Counted from the stretch's first letter, positions 27,301-42,300 are shown. The stretch is 64,000 bases of DNA from Mytilus californianus (GCF_021869535.1 NW_026262582.1:33542001-33606000); one strand, 5' to 3'. Made by a program: numbers and translations. The notes: generated by a model from the sequence alone, not told the origin.

Positions 27301-30300
27301 GCTCTGACTTCCTGTCTTTGAAAAGATTCTGTATGATTTATCAAACAGGGCTTTGTGGCGCGATCTTTGTCATTTGGAGGGCTAATATTATTCATTGATC
27401 TGATGTTCTTCATAAAAAGTTAATACAACAAAATGCCTGATTTTTTTTCACTTTGATATCAAATTCGTGGTACGTAAAAAAATATTCCTTTCTGACAGTT
27501 CATTCAATAGTCACACTTGTCTAGGGTTGTTTGCAATGGAAAATATAAATAGCCAGAATCACAATCACAAACATATTCATGCTTTGAATTGTAATTTGTT
27601 AAAAAAAATCACCGTATACTTAGAGCTAGCCGCATTGAATTACTTTGTAAGATAGTATACAATGTTAAATAAGCGAAAATAAAACATCAATTTGGCATTT
27701 TTGGACGTTCGTTTATATCAGGACTGATTAGTACATAACAACAATTTAGGTTGTTTTATGTTCCAAAAATGAGAAGTTGTGCAGAAAGGTGTATTTGTTC
27801 TGCAAAAGTTATAGTTCGTTGATAACACATGTCTTAAATTTTTCATTTAGCATGCAGAAACCTATAATATCAAAGAAACTTCCTAGACTAGACGTACTGC
27901 TTCTTTTCTTGAAACATGCATTTCCCTCGGTACGGATACAAATGGATGACTTCAACCTAGAATCTATGAAATAAGTGATACATGTAATTTCATGTTTCAT
28001 TCGGCAACTTACAATTTCTAACAAGTAACGTACACTCTACCCAATCGTATGGCGTTTACATATTTCAATTGATAAATTACGCTCGTGCATGTTCACTATA
28101 TACAGACAACTAGTTAGTACTTCTTACACAGGAATTTTTCAAACAGAGTTATACAAAATGACTGAAAATAAAGCTACATACGTTAAACGATCAACATTAT
28201 AAATAAGTTGACCCGTACGATTTATCTGTGTATCAACTGCATGGAGACTTGTTTTTGCAGTCTTAGATGCTAAAATTAAGAATGGAAACGGATAAAGTGT
28301 CAAATAGACACCGTCCCGACCAAAGAGCAGAAAACAGGCCAAGACCACCAAAGGGTCTCATCACAGCGAGTGAATAACAGAATAAAAAATGTAAACAAAG
28401 ACTTGTCATTTGTACTGTGTGATCTTTTTATCTAAAATATGACTTGCCGGCAAAATCTATCCAACTGCAATTATAGATTGGTCATTTATATTAGAGACGC
28501 GGAGGGTACAAAGTTAATAATCTTTTGTTGAAGATAAACTGACCACACTAAAGGAAAAAACGAAAAACAAATAAAAACAAAAATCTACAAAATACAACTT
28601 TCTATAACGTCCTTCTACCATATACAACACATTTAGAATATTCCTTGGAGTTCGGTATTTTTGTTATTTTACTTTCTACCATATAAATTGATACATTACA
28701 AACCCCCTTGGTATACAACAAGTTCGTACGAAACAATATGTTGTTTTTTCTTTTTTGAAAAGCTTAGATGTAATATACAATATCTGGAGTTCCTCATTAC
28801 ATGTGCATGCCTCTTTTATAATCAATATAATGTAAAGCTATCATCTTGAATATTTCCTATCTCTACCATTTGGCATTGGATAAGATGACATGAGAAACGA
28901 ATTTGTCTCTGCAAACTAATTTCTTGATGCCATCAGTTTTGGCAATGTTCTTCAGCAGAGACATGATAGATAAATATCATATAAGTTACCTTCATACTTA
29001 TCGAATCATTTTTTTCAATATTCAACTACTATTTTGACCTTGATTTTTAACAATTAACATGTGTTGCAACATCAAAATATCGACTACAGCTTCAAGTCGA
29101 TACCTCATAATTGTACCGGTGAAATGTTCCCTTTTGCAGCTTGGGGTGCAATAAATAGTGATCCCAACGTCGACAACAGAAGTTCATCCCGAAATGTACC
29201 CAAGGGGCCGAAGTATCGTAAGCCTTAATCGATAAACTGTAAAAACAATTTCAAAACCCTCATAAATACAGCTACAGATTTACTTACAATGCAAGGTGAC
29301 AGTGGGACCAAGTGAGATGATAACCAATCCTCTGGGACCTTTGACCCTGAATTTCTCAAACAACAAACCATTTCGTGTTTAAATCCTTTTCTATCTGGAA
29401 TATATATATTTTTTCTTGCGTTATTTTTGGATTATTTTAATAACTGTCTTTTGTGGCATACTATTTTCGTTTTTATATTACCGTTTTTTGACTAAGATTT
29501 TGTTATATTACAATTTTTTTGTTGGCGTCAAGATCAGGGGACCCGGACAATGCGGCCATGTTTTTTGGCTACTTTGATGTAGATGACAATAACAAAGTTG
29601 AATCCTGTCAGCGGGAAATTTTTACGCTAGAACCACTGGCAACAACTTCTCGTCAGCGAGAAGATGCTATTCAGTGTGTTAACATTCGCATCCACGACCA
29701 CAATTCAGATCGTGGGGATGATGTTTCTAGCCAAGTAGGAGAAGGTCAAAAACCTATTAGTAGTATTGACAAAACTCTTAATAATCGTACGGACCATGTC
29801 TCAGCGGACAAGTTTGATACTTTCATGGAAAGACATGACATTCAGTTGAGTTTGATAACTGCTAGTCTGCAAAGTTTGAGCGAAGGTTTCAGTTATTACG
29901 AGGAGTAGTGCGATTACGATGAAGAATTGGATTCTAATGTTATATCGACGGATGTACTCAAAAGACAAGCAGAAAGACAGGTCAGTCCGATTTTAGCTTG
30001 TAAGTCGCCGCGCATTGATCAGATTTGTGATTCGTCTATTTCTCTTTCTGAGACTGCACATGGAAGTACAGTTGAGGTATCACGTGGGTCCAGTAACAGT
30101 TGCAGTACTGATGACGTACACTTAAGAGGAACTCCTTTTACTACATTAAAAACAGATGCTTCTTTAGTTGGACGGGGGCAGAATGCCTAGGTTTATCTAC
30201 AGGTGGACAATGGTCGAAGGAGGAGTTAAATTTTAGTAACAATATTAACTATTTGGAATTATAAGCTGTGTTTTTGGGAATGAAACGTTTTTTGAATAAC

Positions 30301-33300
30301 TTGGCCGGACATTATGTAAAAATCTTATCAGACAATTCTACAACTGTAGCTTACATAAATAATTTGGGTGGAACTAAATCAAAAATTGGTAATTTTAAAG
30401 GAAGGGAAGTTTTATTATTAGCAGACAAGTATAACATCTGGCTATTAGAAGTTCATATTCCTGGTGTTGACAATATCATTGCAGACAAAGAAAGGAGGCT
30501 AACAGAAATGAAACTGAATGGATGCTTAATAGAAATACATTTCACAAAGTTTTACAACTAGGATATACTATTGACTTTGTTCTATTTGCATCCAGACTAA
30601 CCCATCAGGTTGATACTTATGTCAGTTGGAAAGCTGACCCTTTAGCTACTCATATAGATGGTTTATCTTGGGTCAAGTTTCAATTTTATGCTTTTCCACC
30701 TTTCAGAATATAAGACAGAGTGTGCCAGAAGGTGTTAGCGGACAAAGCATTAGATATCACAGAGTTTGTTTCCACAGCTCATGAGACTGTGTGTTGTTCC
30801 ACCATTATTGATAAAACTAGCAAAAATATATTACAATTGCCACACAACCTTCAATGGCATCATCCAGTATGTACAACGATGTCTATCGCTCCTGATATGC
30901 AGGGTATCCGGAAAGGTTTTGAGGACCAAGGGCTTTCCGAAAGAACCATTTCAATTATTATGAACTCCTGGCGAGATTCTACAGCTAAGCAATATATCGT
31001 CCGTTGGTATAATTTTGCTTAAGAGATAATGATATTGGTCCATTTCAACCTACCATAGCTTATGTTTTGGACTTTTTTGCAGTTTATTTTCAAAATGCAG
31101 GTTAAAGTGCCCTTAATACCGCTCGTTCTGCATTGTCAAGTTTTATATCTATAAATAATGTTCCTGTAGGAAAGCATGCTTTAGTTATTCGTTTTATGAA
31201 AGGAGCTTTCAATATGAAGCCTTCTTTACCACGTTTTACATCGTTACTTGGGATGTAAATGTTGTGCTTAAATTTTTGAAAGACTTACCTAGTTTAGATA
31301 CTTTTAGTTTAAAGTTTTTGACTGGTTATGAGTGCTTTAATGACTGGGCAACGCTGCCAAACTCTTAATTTTTTAGACTTGAATTATTATGATGTGGTTG
31401 GTGACACAGTTTGTTTTCAAATAGTTCATTTATGTAAACAATCAAGGCCTGGAGTACATCTTAATGCTGTAGATCTAAAGAAATAGATATTCAGATTTAT
31501 GTGTTGTTAGAACTATTGAAGTCTACAGTCATAGAACTGCTCATTTAAGGGGTGATCATACCTAATTATTGATAACTCATTCTAAATCATTCAAACCAGT
31601 AGCTTGTGCAACCATTGCAAGATGTATTTAAACAGTTCTTAAGTTAGCTGGAATAGATACGGATAAGTTTAAAGCGCACAATACAAGGGCAGCCATAACT
31701 AGTGCAGCTTTCTCGGCTGGTATTCCTTTCACTTATATCCTAAAGCAACAGGCGGTAGTAATGAAAGTGTGTTTGGGAGATTTTACCAGAAAAAGAGAGC
31801 ACCTTCCACTTATTTGGGAGATAAATTACTACTGTAACAGTAGATTGATATCTATGCACTTTTGTAAAATTTATTTAGTTGCTGAGTTGCTAAGTGCTCT
31901 AGATTTTACTTTCAACATCTCACGTGGTTCCACTGTCACATTGCAATATAAGAAAATCGTTAGTTAACCGATACTTACCTGTAAGTTGAAGGTTGACTCA
32001 GATGTCCTGAAATGCATGGTGACATTAAGTGGGACCAAGTGCCCTCCCTACCCTTTCCCTTAGGTTTTAAAAATCAATTGCACTCTTTAAAAGCTGATGA
32101 TTTCAAGGGATTGGTTATAATCTTACGTGGTCCCACTTAATGTCACCTTGCATTTCAGGAAATCTAAGTCAACCTTCAACTTATATTACAGGTAAGTATC
32201 GGTTAACAAAGAGTTAAGTGAAAATGTGTGTAGTCTTTCCGATTCGGATAAGGCTATAAAGTAGTGAAAAACTGTCAATGTACACCTATCTTTCCTCTAT
32301 GACATGGTGTTGAACCACCAGATAAATCTCAGACTGAAATATCAGTACTCTTAGGAAAGTTTGAGTAAAGACGTCAGTTAGTTTTATTGTTATATACTTC
32401 GATTACAAATATTCAGAATATGAGAAATAGTTGTTATGCCATTTTTAAATAACTGGATGGATTTGACACTGTTTAGAGGAGCTTCTGTGTTGATTATAAC
32501 TTGTAGAATACTAATTAGCAATTGTTTTCATATATCAAAAAAAGTAAAATCACAAAAAATACTGAACTCCGAGGAAAATTCAAAAAGGAAAGTCCCTAAT
32601 CAAATGGCAAAATCAAAAGCTCAAACACATTAAACGAATGGATAACAACTGTCATATTCCTGACTTGGTACAGGCATTTTCTTATGTAGAAAATGGTGGA
32701 TTGAACCTGGGTTTATAGCTAGCTAAACCTCTCACTTGTATGACAGTCAAACGACGTAAATTAATGTATTTCGACGACAGCGTGCTTATCATTTACGCTC
32801 TGGAAATATTTGTTATCGAATAAAATTAAACATGTTGTAAAACCAAATATAAATCATTTAGAATAAGCATAACACTTTAAATAAAGTATGAGTTGGAGAT
32901 AAAACCTTAGTTTGTTATTTTTTAGCTCACCTGGCCAACAGGGCAAAGTGAGCTTTTCTAATCACTTGGCGTCCGTCGTCTCCGACGTCGTCTGGTGTCG
33001 TCCGTCGTTAACTTTTACAAAAATCTTCTCCTCTGAAACTACTTGGCCAAAGATTACCAAATATAAATCATTTAGAATAAGCATAACACTTTAAATAAAG
33101 TATGAGTTGGAGATAAAACCTTAGTTTGTTATTTTTTAGCTCACCTGGCCAACAGGGCCAAGTGAGCTTTTCTAATCACTTGGCGTCCGTCGTCCGTCGT
33201 CGTCTGTCGTCGTCCGTCGTTAACTTTTACAAAAATCTTCTCCTCTGAAACTACTTGGCCAAAGATAACCAAACTTGGCCCCAATCCTCATTCGGGTATC

Positions 33301-36300
33301 TTATTTAAAACATATGTCCGATGACCCCTTCCGCCAACCAAGATGGCCGCCATGGCTAAAAATAGAACATAGAGGCCATGTATATTTTGGCTTATAACTC
33401 TGAAACCAAAGCATTTACAGCAAATCTGACATGGGGTAAAATTGTTCATCAGGTCAAAATCTATTTGCCCTGTAGTCTTTAGACAACTCAGACAACCCGT
33501 AGTTGGGTTGCTGCCCCTCAATTCGTAATTTTAGGAAAATTTTGCACTTTTTGGTTATTATCTTGAATATTATTATAGATAGAGATAAACAGTAAACTTC
33601 AATAATGTTCAGCAAAGTATGATCTACAAATAAGTCAACATGACTCAAATGATCAATTGATCCTTTAATGAGTTATTGCCCTTAATTGTAAATTTTTAAC
33701 AATTTTTTGGTAAATTTTTGTAATCATTTACAAAAATCTTCTCCTCTGAAACTACCGAGGCAAATTTAACCAAACTTGGCCACAATCATCATTAGGGTGT
33801 CTAGTTTAAAAATGTGTCCGATAACCCCGCCCAACATGGTTAAAAATAGAACATAGGGATAAAATGTATGTTTTGTCTAATATTTTTTGAACCGTTATAA
33901 CATGAATGTGTAAATAGAGAAAATCTGAAAGGAGCAAACTCGTTCAGAATAATGAACTCTACCAATTGTCCATATACCTCAAAACTGTTAGACAAGTTCT
34001 TATAGGAGTTATTGCCCACAAATTTTACCTTTTTTTTCATTTTTGCCTATTATCATGAAAACTATGATATTTAGAGAAAAACGTTATGCATTATATGATT
34101 TAAATTATAATAGGTAAATTAACACTTTAAATCACATAAATGATAAGCAAGGCAAGATCTATTGAAAAGTCAAATTTTGCCGATATAGTTAGTAGACTCT
34201 TCAAAGGAGTGATTGCCCTTAAATGAGGATTTTTTTTACCCTCTTTTGTGTTTTGAGCAAAATGTAAAGAAGATAGAGAGAAATTAAACAGACTAAAAGA
34301 TCAGTAATACAAGATCAACAAAATAGAGATTTTTGTCATGAAGTCTATTCTCGTCTACAATGTTTGAGAGTGTCCTTTCTTTGATATGCACGTAGACCAA
34401 GGTGAGCGACACAGGCTCTTAAGAGCCTCTAGCTTAAATTACTAAAGAGTTTAAGAAAGGTGTGCGGTAGATAACATCAGAAGGATAATCTACCAAAGGT
34501 AGAAAATTGATATAAGACTGTATTGACTTTTGCAAATAAAAGTACTTAAATGGTTTATAAAATTAACTTAAACTCCATGAATGCATAATCACCCAAAAAG
34601 CTATACGACCAAACCAAAATGGACATAAAAAGAATAGCCATATCCATATCAGACCTGTTATTTCTGAGAGATTTTGAACTGGATTTTTTTCTATTTTAGA
34701 TTTTTCAACAGTGAATCTTGTGTATGTTTATATCCAAAAGAACATGTATTTTTAATAGTTTGTTTATCATTGCTTTCATATCTTATTGAATTGATTTGTA
34801 CCAAAATCTATGAATATCTGATACTTATATGTATATACAATATATAATGCATGCAGCGTTGTCTATTGTGTTATGTGTATTGTTGGGTTTAGGTCAAATT
34901 GACGTATATTGAACATCTTCGTTAATTTAGAACTCGCAGTGCAAGCAAGTGATAAAATGTCTTCCTTAATTGAGAGAAAATACATTAAATAAAGTAAAAA
35001 CGCAAATTTATGTCGCCATTTTATTATGAATATAAAAATATGAATAATGAGAACTATGATTATTAAAGTTATGTTGAGTGTTTTTCTCTTATTTGTGATG
35101 TCCCACTCGGAATCATCTCCTCTCTTTTATACGTAATTTATAAACTATAACAAATAATAGAAAGAATGCCAGTATAGAGACAGTGGCTAATGAACATAAC
35201 AAAGTACTTCCGTAATGAAAATATATCTAGTATGTAATGCTTTAAGAGCTTTAAATTTTCAAATGTACATCAACGTCTTTAGTTTAAACAATGTAAATAA
35301 TGATCAGCTGTCTTTGTAATAAATTTTAGCACTATAATATTTCAAATGTACATATTTGTCTTAGATGAAAGCAATGCTAATAATGTTTTTTTTTTTCGTT
35401 TTAATTTCATATAACCATTACGTTCAAAATGACAATAACCTACAGTCAATTAAACATCTATATGACACTGTTATGAAAGTGTTTTTGAAGTATGGATGTG
35501 AGTGAATGGCAACACTTCCTTTTTTGTTTAAAACATTTACGACAAATGCATCAATTTCAAATATTTACAGGAGATAAACAAAATTCAAGCATATCAAGTA
35601 AATATGATAATAACTTATAAAACATTTAAGTGTAATTTACTACATAAAGTGTATCAAAATATTATTTAAAACTTGTTTCAATGTTGATACAATACTTGTG
35701 TTGAATATGATAAGTAAAATGGTAAAGTGAGTCATATACAAATGTTTTAATCCCACATTAATACATTAATTTCTACCACAGTAACTGACTAAAATATATG
35801 CAGTGGTTCGCCATTGTTAACAAAAAGTGTATATAAATAGAACATATGTTATTTATTTTTTAATAGATGCGAATAAATATACGGCGTTTTTTATCAATTA
35901 AATAAATTTCGATGATATCTATCTTACTCCAAATCTTATTACATTATTTGAAACAGCATTAGCTTTGGTATTTTGTTCACAAGATGTATCATTAAAGTAA
36001 ACCCCAAACTCAAAAGTGTAAAAGGTAATATAATATTGATGTAGATAAGTAGATTAAATGTCTTTACAACTACAAGGAAGAGCAGTAATTTATGAATACG
36101 CCATATTATTTTATGATCTATTCCACTCCCACATGTTATACCACGACGCAGTCTTGATTAGTACATTATATTTTGGGAGGCTTTAAATTAAAAAAAAATA
36201 GTCCTGCTACCCATGCATATGAAATATGATATAAAACAATCAGTTCATACCAAAAAAAGCTTCTGTTTCATGAACTCTATGAACAGTATTTGAAAACCGA

Positions 36301-39300
36301 AAGATGTTCAAATATATGTTCAAACAAAAACAAAATAGACTACCCCTCCCCCACCTTTTACAAGAAAAAACATCACCATGCATTTTAAATATTGCTGCAC
36401 ATTTTGAATCACAAATAGAATGAAATTCCTGTACAAACAAAAACAAAGACAAATTTATATCAAGACAAAATAAGAAATAAACAATGTATGAGTTGCAACA
36501 CAACACATATTACATTTAAACAAAATAACTTGAATATCTGATATTCTTTAGTAAGATAGAGGAAAAAAGATACCAAAGGGATAATAAAGATCATAAGTCA
36601 AAACCAAACTGACACTGACATGGCAAAAAAACGACAAACGACAAAAAACATACACCAGTACACAAAACACAACATCTTTGGTGTTCCGAAAGAATAAGCA
36701 GATCCTGGTCTATAAGCAACATCTGTTGTGTTGCTCCTACACAATACATTGATAAGCTTAATCAAATGATTAGATATTAAAAAATATATTTTGATTGGTA
36801 ATCGACTCATCTCACCCTTAAACATCATTATTCATAACAAACTATTAAACCATCGGTTAAGTAAATGTTTTAACACTGAATCGTTACTTACTGTAAAAAT
36901 TTGAAAGATAAATACACTTGTTTTATTACAAAGGATAGCTTATAAAATAAAGGATGAAACCGGGGAAGGTGTCAAAAAGACAACAATAGACTGTAACCAG
37001 TTTAAACAACAAAGACAATGAAAATTTAAAAAGCACAAAGACAATAAAAATTTAGCACAAAGACAATACAAATTTAAAGAGCACAAAGACAAAATCGTAT
37101 CATATTTCATATTTTGTGTTTATCAATCATTCAACCAAAAGGAAACATATAACTTACATAAAAATAACTAGACCTACACACAATTAAGTATTATGGAATA
37201 TTTTTTTGGCAATTTCATTTTTTCCTTTTTTCGTGTAACTCCATGAATTATAAATGTGAAAATGATCATTCTTGTCAATATGAACTATCACCAACAGGAC
37301 AAACAAATATGACAAATCCGCTCGAAACAATGCATGACCTAGAAAAAAAAACTTTAACCCACAAATGCTCATTTTGGTTTTTGGTTTTTATTTTCCAATT
37401 TGTAGCAATTAAACCAATTTTTCCTGATGGCAAACTTTAGGTAGGTCATGCGTACGAATGTTTTTCTGTTTCCTTCGTTGCAAGATAGGACAGTCCCAGT
37501 TTCTGGGATTTTGCAATTTCCGACTCTAATGAAAAAGAAAATTGTTGATATCTTTTTTCCTAAGTTCCTTTATTTCAATGAAAATTCAAACATGTACATT
37601 TTTGTTTGTCTATATAAAAACATGATAGAAATTTTCACTAGTCATTATTATCATCAATGCAATTATATCATGTAATTGGTTTTGCTTACAAATAGAATGT
37701 ACTTTCAGGTTTATGTGTCATCTAACGTATTCGAAAGAAAAAGAAAATCTAATGCAAGATTAAGACCAGTATATTATTAAAAGTACGTATGGAAAGGTAA
37801 CATTACATCGTATTTGTTTTAAATAAAAGAAAGTATTTATTTCTCAGTAAGACAGAATGGTACAATATATATTTATCAATTATCAAACTATTAGGAAACC
37901 TAGAATTTAAAAACAAAACAAATAATTAGACCAATTTAAGATAAAATTAAATGATATATGATATAATTTGCAATTTCTTTTATCCGTTTTACGTTTTATT
38001 CAATGAATTACAAATGTTAAAACGATGGTCATGTCAATATGACCCACATCCAATAGGACAGACTAATATGACAAATCTGCTCGAAGCAATATATTCTAGA
38101 ACATACAAACACTTTATTCCACAAAATCATTTTTCGATTTTTGGTTTTCAATTTCCAATTTGTTGCAATTGAAGCAATATTTCTTTACACGTATTCAGTT
38201 AATTGTTAATGCGTATTACAATTACTTTATTTTATTAAACAACACCCAAAGGTGACTGGGGAATATGAATATGGTCACTACATGTCTTCTTCCGACTGGC
38301 AGTAAACCCATTGCCAAAGAAGGGCGTCTGTTTAGCTATGCTGGATGTACATGTACGCAGTCATGTCCAGTTAGAATTAGGTTAAATCCGATGCAACGTG
38401 TAGACAGAGTGCCATGCAATCTGCACGTAAGGAACCCTTCCAACAACTCTTTTGGAGGGTCCGCAAATGGCCTGTTGCAAGGCAAACTGTCTGACCCTAT
38501 CCAATTTACCCTTATTTTTTAGTGACAGTTTAAATTTCCACGACCTTCATCCTGTACGGCCTATATTACAGGAACTACCAATAGTATGTATTGTACATGT
38601 ATTCTCGTCCTAAACATGTATGAAATATTTGCCACTGGACCATGAGCAACCAGCAAACAATCAATCAATATAAAAACAACAGCAGTAAATTAAGAAAATC
38701 TTACATTTTGGTTCGAGAATCACTGTAAAGAAATTTTTGTCGAAATGCATATCAGCTGCAGAGAAATTTGTACCGTTCTTGTAATGTGTTTTTGCCTTTT
38801 TGTAATTTCTAATATGTGATTGCTTTCTCATATCTACCTAACACATCGTTGAATTTGTATACACATATTTAATGTGCTTTTACTCGGAACTGTAAAATAA
38901 GGAGATTCTGGAATTGAACGTTTAATGTAAAAACATTACGCGCAACAGTTAACAGTTGGAGTCATTACACCTACCTTTCTCTCTCTCAAGGCATGCTTCC
39001 AAGAGATCTAAACTTTCATCTGAGTTTATATTGGACATGTTGGATGTACTGGAGCTCATCCTGCTAATCGAGTTGCTTTCTCCTTTACTGGTTGTAAGAC
39101 AAGGCCTTCCCAGTTTATGACAATTTGCAATCTCCCACCCTGTAATAAGAAAAACATATTTTTGGGGTTTTTTTTCGAGTTTCTTCATTTGAACTATAAA
39201 TTTTCAGTTCTATATAAAACAAACTGATAGATATTTTGATTCCACTTTTGGTTTTCCCATTTATCAATTTCATCCAGAAATAAATTTTGAATTACAAACG

Positions 39301-42300
39301 GAATTTCCTTTCAGGCTCATGGATCACCTGGCATATTTGAAAGAGAAGGGTAATTTCATTACAAGAATAAGAACACTATATTGTGAACATTACGTAGTGA
39401 AGGTTACATAAGATCTATTTTTGTTTTAGATAAAAAGGTATATTTATTAAAATATTGTTTTAACATCACACAACAGGGTTAAAAAAGACATTTATGTCGT
39501 TCGAATACAAAATGCATTTTTTTTTTAGAATTACTTAAGTATCAAATCCCTAAAAAATGAACTTTACAAAATTTAACAGTTGTAACATATAGGCAGTTGT
39601 AACAGATAGGCGGTTACAGTTAAGTTTCAATTGTCATAATTAAATCAATTTTTACATCAAATATTGCTTGACAATATAAAGGATTTTATTGGGCTTACCA
39701 TCTACATGTGATGTTTTCATTCGATATGAGATTATCAAAAATACAAGTAATACTATAAGCAGTATTATGGGAATAAATACTCCGAGTAATACAAGTCTTG
39801 ATTCTTTGGATGGATTTTCTGAAAAAGAAGAATAGCTTAACATGTATACCGAAACTGTAAATTATGCAGTTTCATCTTCAAATGCACTGGATATAACTAC
39901 TTTTAAACAATTATCATGAGCAGTTTAACTTAACTAATAATAAGCTGTCTTTGTCAGTGTAGCTAATTTTTCAACATATGCAAAGAGACATTTATGCTTC
40001 AGGAAAAAATTTATAATACATAACTTTAGAAATCATCTTGACCTCAATGGCACAATGGATTGGGATGAAATATAGTTTCGTTAAAACACAAACAGCATAC
40101 TCGTTTAGCATGTTAGAAACAGTGATATAATTATGTTCTTATAAAAATTGGTGACAGAAGGTAAATTTAATTTACCTAATATTGATTTTTTTCTTCAGAC
40201 AATTGGCTCCGCTTTTCTAGATCGAGACCATTGTTTAATAAAGCTATTATTCACTTCGTACCAATAAAGTATTCAAACAATCTTAATATGAGCCAATCGC
40301 GATAAAATGTGTTATATTCGTATCATCATGAACATTTTGTGACATTTAACTAGTTTTTTTTTTTTTTTTTTTTAATTCTTTGTGTTTGTTTTTATAAAAT
40401 TTGTATTAAACGAAAGGGTTCTTTTCAGAGACAGCATCAGTGTAATTGCATGTATATACAGCATTTGTACAACGAAATATCTGCAAACGTCAACGATAAA
40501 AAGATAAAAGCTTGATTGTATTACTAAGAAGTTACAATGACCTTTGCATCTTCATATAAAACATTCGGTTCTGTGATTGGTATTCATACAATGAACAGCT
40601 ACAAAATGTAATGACTTTACAGAGAAATGTAATATTTCTTTAAAGCAATAAAATCAACACAAGATTAACTCTGAAAACAAATATATAAATCAAACAATCA
40701 TTTTATAATCAAATAATCAATTATAATTGAACTACGATTTACAGTAACGAACATAATCACCAAAACTTAACTTGGATTAAAGAACCGTGCAAATGAGGAC
40801 AGAGTTACATTGTCTGTCGGACATTCAAACGTTACTAACATTCTTTAGTCAAATTTCAAATTCCTGCATGTTCTCGTAAATTTACTATTTCACAACTCAA
40901 TTATTGTTACATCACAATAAGAACAGATTTTGCTGTTACGTCATTTACGCCGGTTGACCTGAGAGGTTACCATGCGTTAGTCGGTCATAAAAAAAAAAAC
41001 AAATCGAGATAAGTCTCTACATAGAGTTTAGGTATTAAACCATCTATTCACCCACTCCAATTTAAAAAATACACAAGACAGTCCTTCCCTGGCAACTGAA
41101 AGGGTTTTCGGTGTCATTGTTTACTGAAGATAACAGACGAATTAGCAGAAATGAACTTTTGGTGAAAGAAAAATTTATGTTTACCCTCTCGATCCAAAAT
41201 ATACTTGTCCATGATTTTGCATTTAAAATTAAGGATAAGTATACTTCATAGTATTCTTACTTTAGATTCTCAAGAAAACCAGAGGAAACTTTTAGTAACA
41301 ATTGGCTTCCGATCATTGGTGTTTAATTACAAGATTTTAAACATTGGTTGAATATTGGCATGTAAAAAGGTGATCAAGTACAATTCAGGATATACCTGGT
41401 TTCCATGAAATTAAAAAAAAATAAGAAAGCTGTAAAAAATTGAAAAAAATTATTGAATATTTTATGGTTTTAAATTGGTGGTCTAACACGTTCTAATTCA
41501 CTTATTTATAACTTAAAGTATCTACATAACCGTCTTATCGAGAAGACCTAAAGTTGAACAAAGAAACCTGAAAATAATGTCAAGATCATAGTGACCTTAT
41601 TAAAGGCAACAGTAGTATACCGCTGTTCGAAACTCATAAATCGTTAGAGATAAAAACAAATCCGGGTTACAAACTAAAACTGAGGGAAACGCATCAAATA
41701 TAAGAGGAGAACAACGACACAACAAAAACACAACATTAAAATGTAACACACACAGAAACGAACTATAATATAACAATGGCCATTTTCCTGACTTGGTACA
41801 GGACATTTTAAGAAAAAAATGGTGGGTTGAACCTGGTTTTGTGGCATGCCAAACCTCCCGCTTTTATGGCCACGTCAAACACAACACCAAAACGACAACA
41901 TCAAATGACAGGACCACAATACAAATAAATGGGAGAACATATAGGACAAAGAAACACACGAATAATAGCTAGCAGAAGGTACTAGGCTTAAAATGTCTGA
42001 CGTACATGCACATTTAACAATCCCATGAATCATTATATGCAACCAATATATTTTACATATAGTATCTGAAACGGACCTAAACACGGAACCCATCATTAAT
42101 CACTGATCGATGAAATGAAGGGAAGGTCAGGCGAATATATCTAACGAACACGATTTCTTGCAATTATTCTTTAAACTAAAAAGTGCTGATATAACTGAAC
42201 AAAAACACTTGATATAAAATCCTATGCATTGTTTAAGAAGTCACTGAATCATGAAAATGATTAATAAATTACCGACATGATTGCCAGGCGGAAACTTTAG

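Noticed and set aside
29519-30190. 129-aa and 87-aa ORFs as a host gene
   Set aside because: They lie inside the DIRS ITRs at the gag position, directly upstream of RNase H.
36355-36428. Minus-strand 74-nt segment with strong acceptor and donor inside the long intron
   Set aside because: It has a stop (TGA) in the phase-1 frame needed after the linker exon; it could only be a poison exon.
39315-39349. Plus-strand 35-nt exon-like segment
   Set aside because: No other plus-strand exons or partner were found; probably chance.
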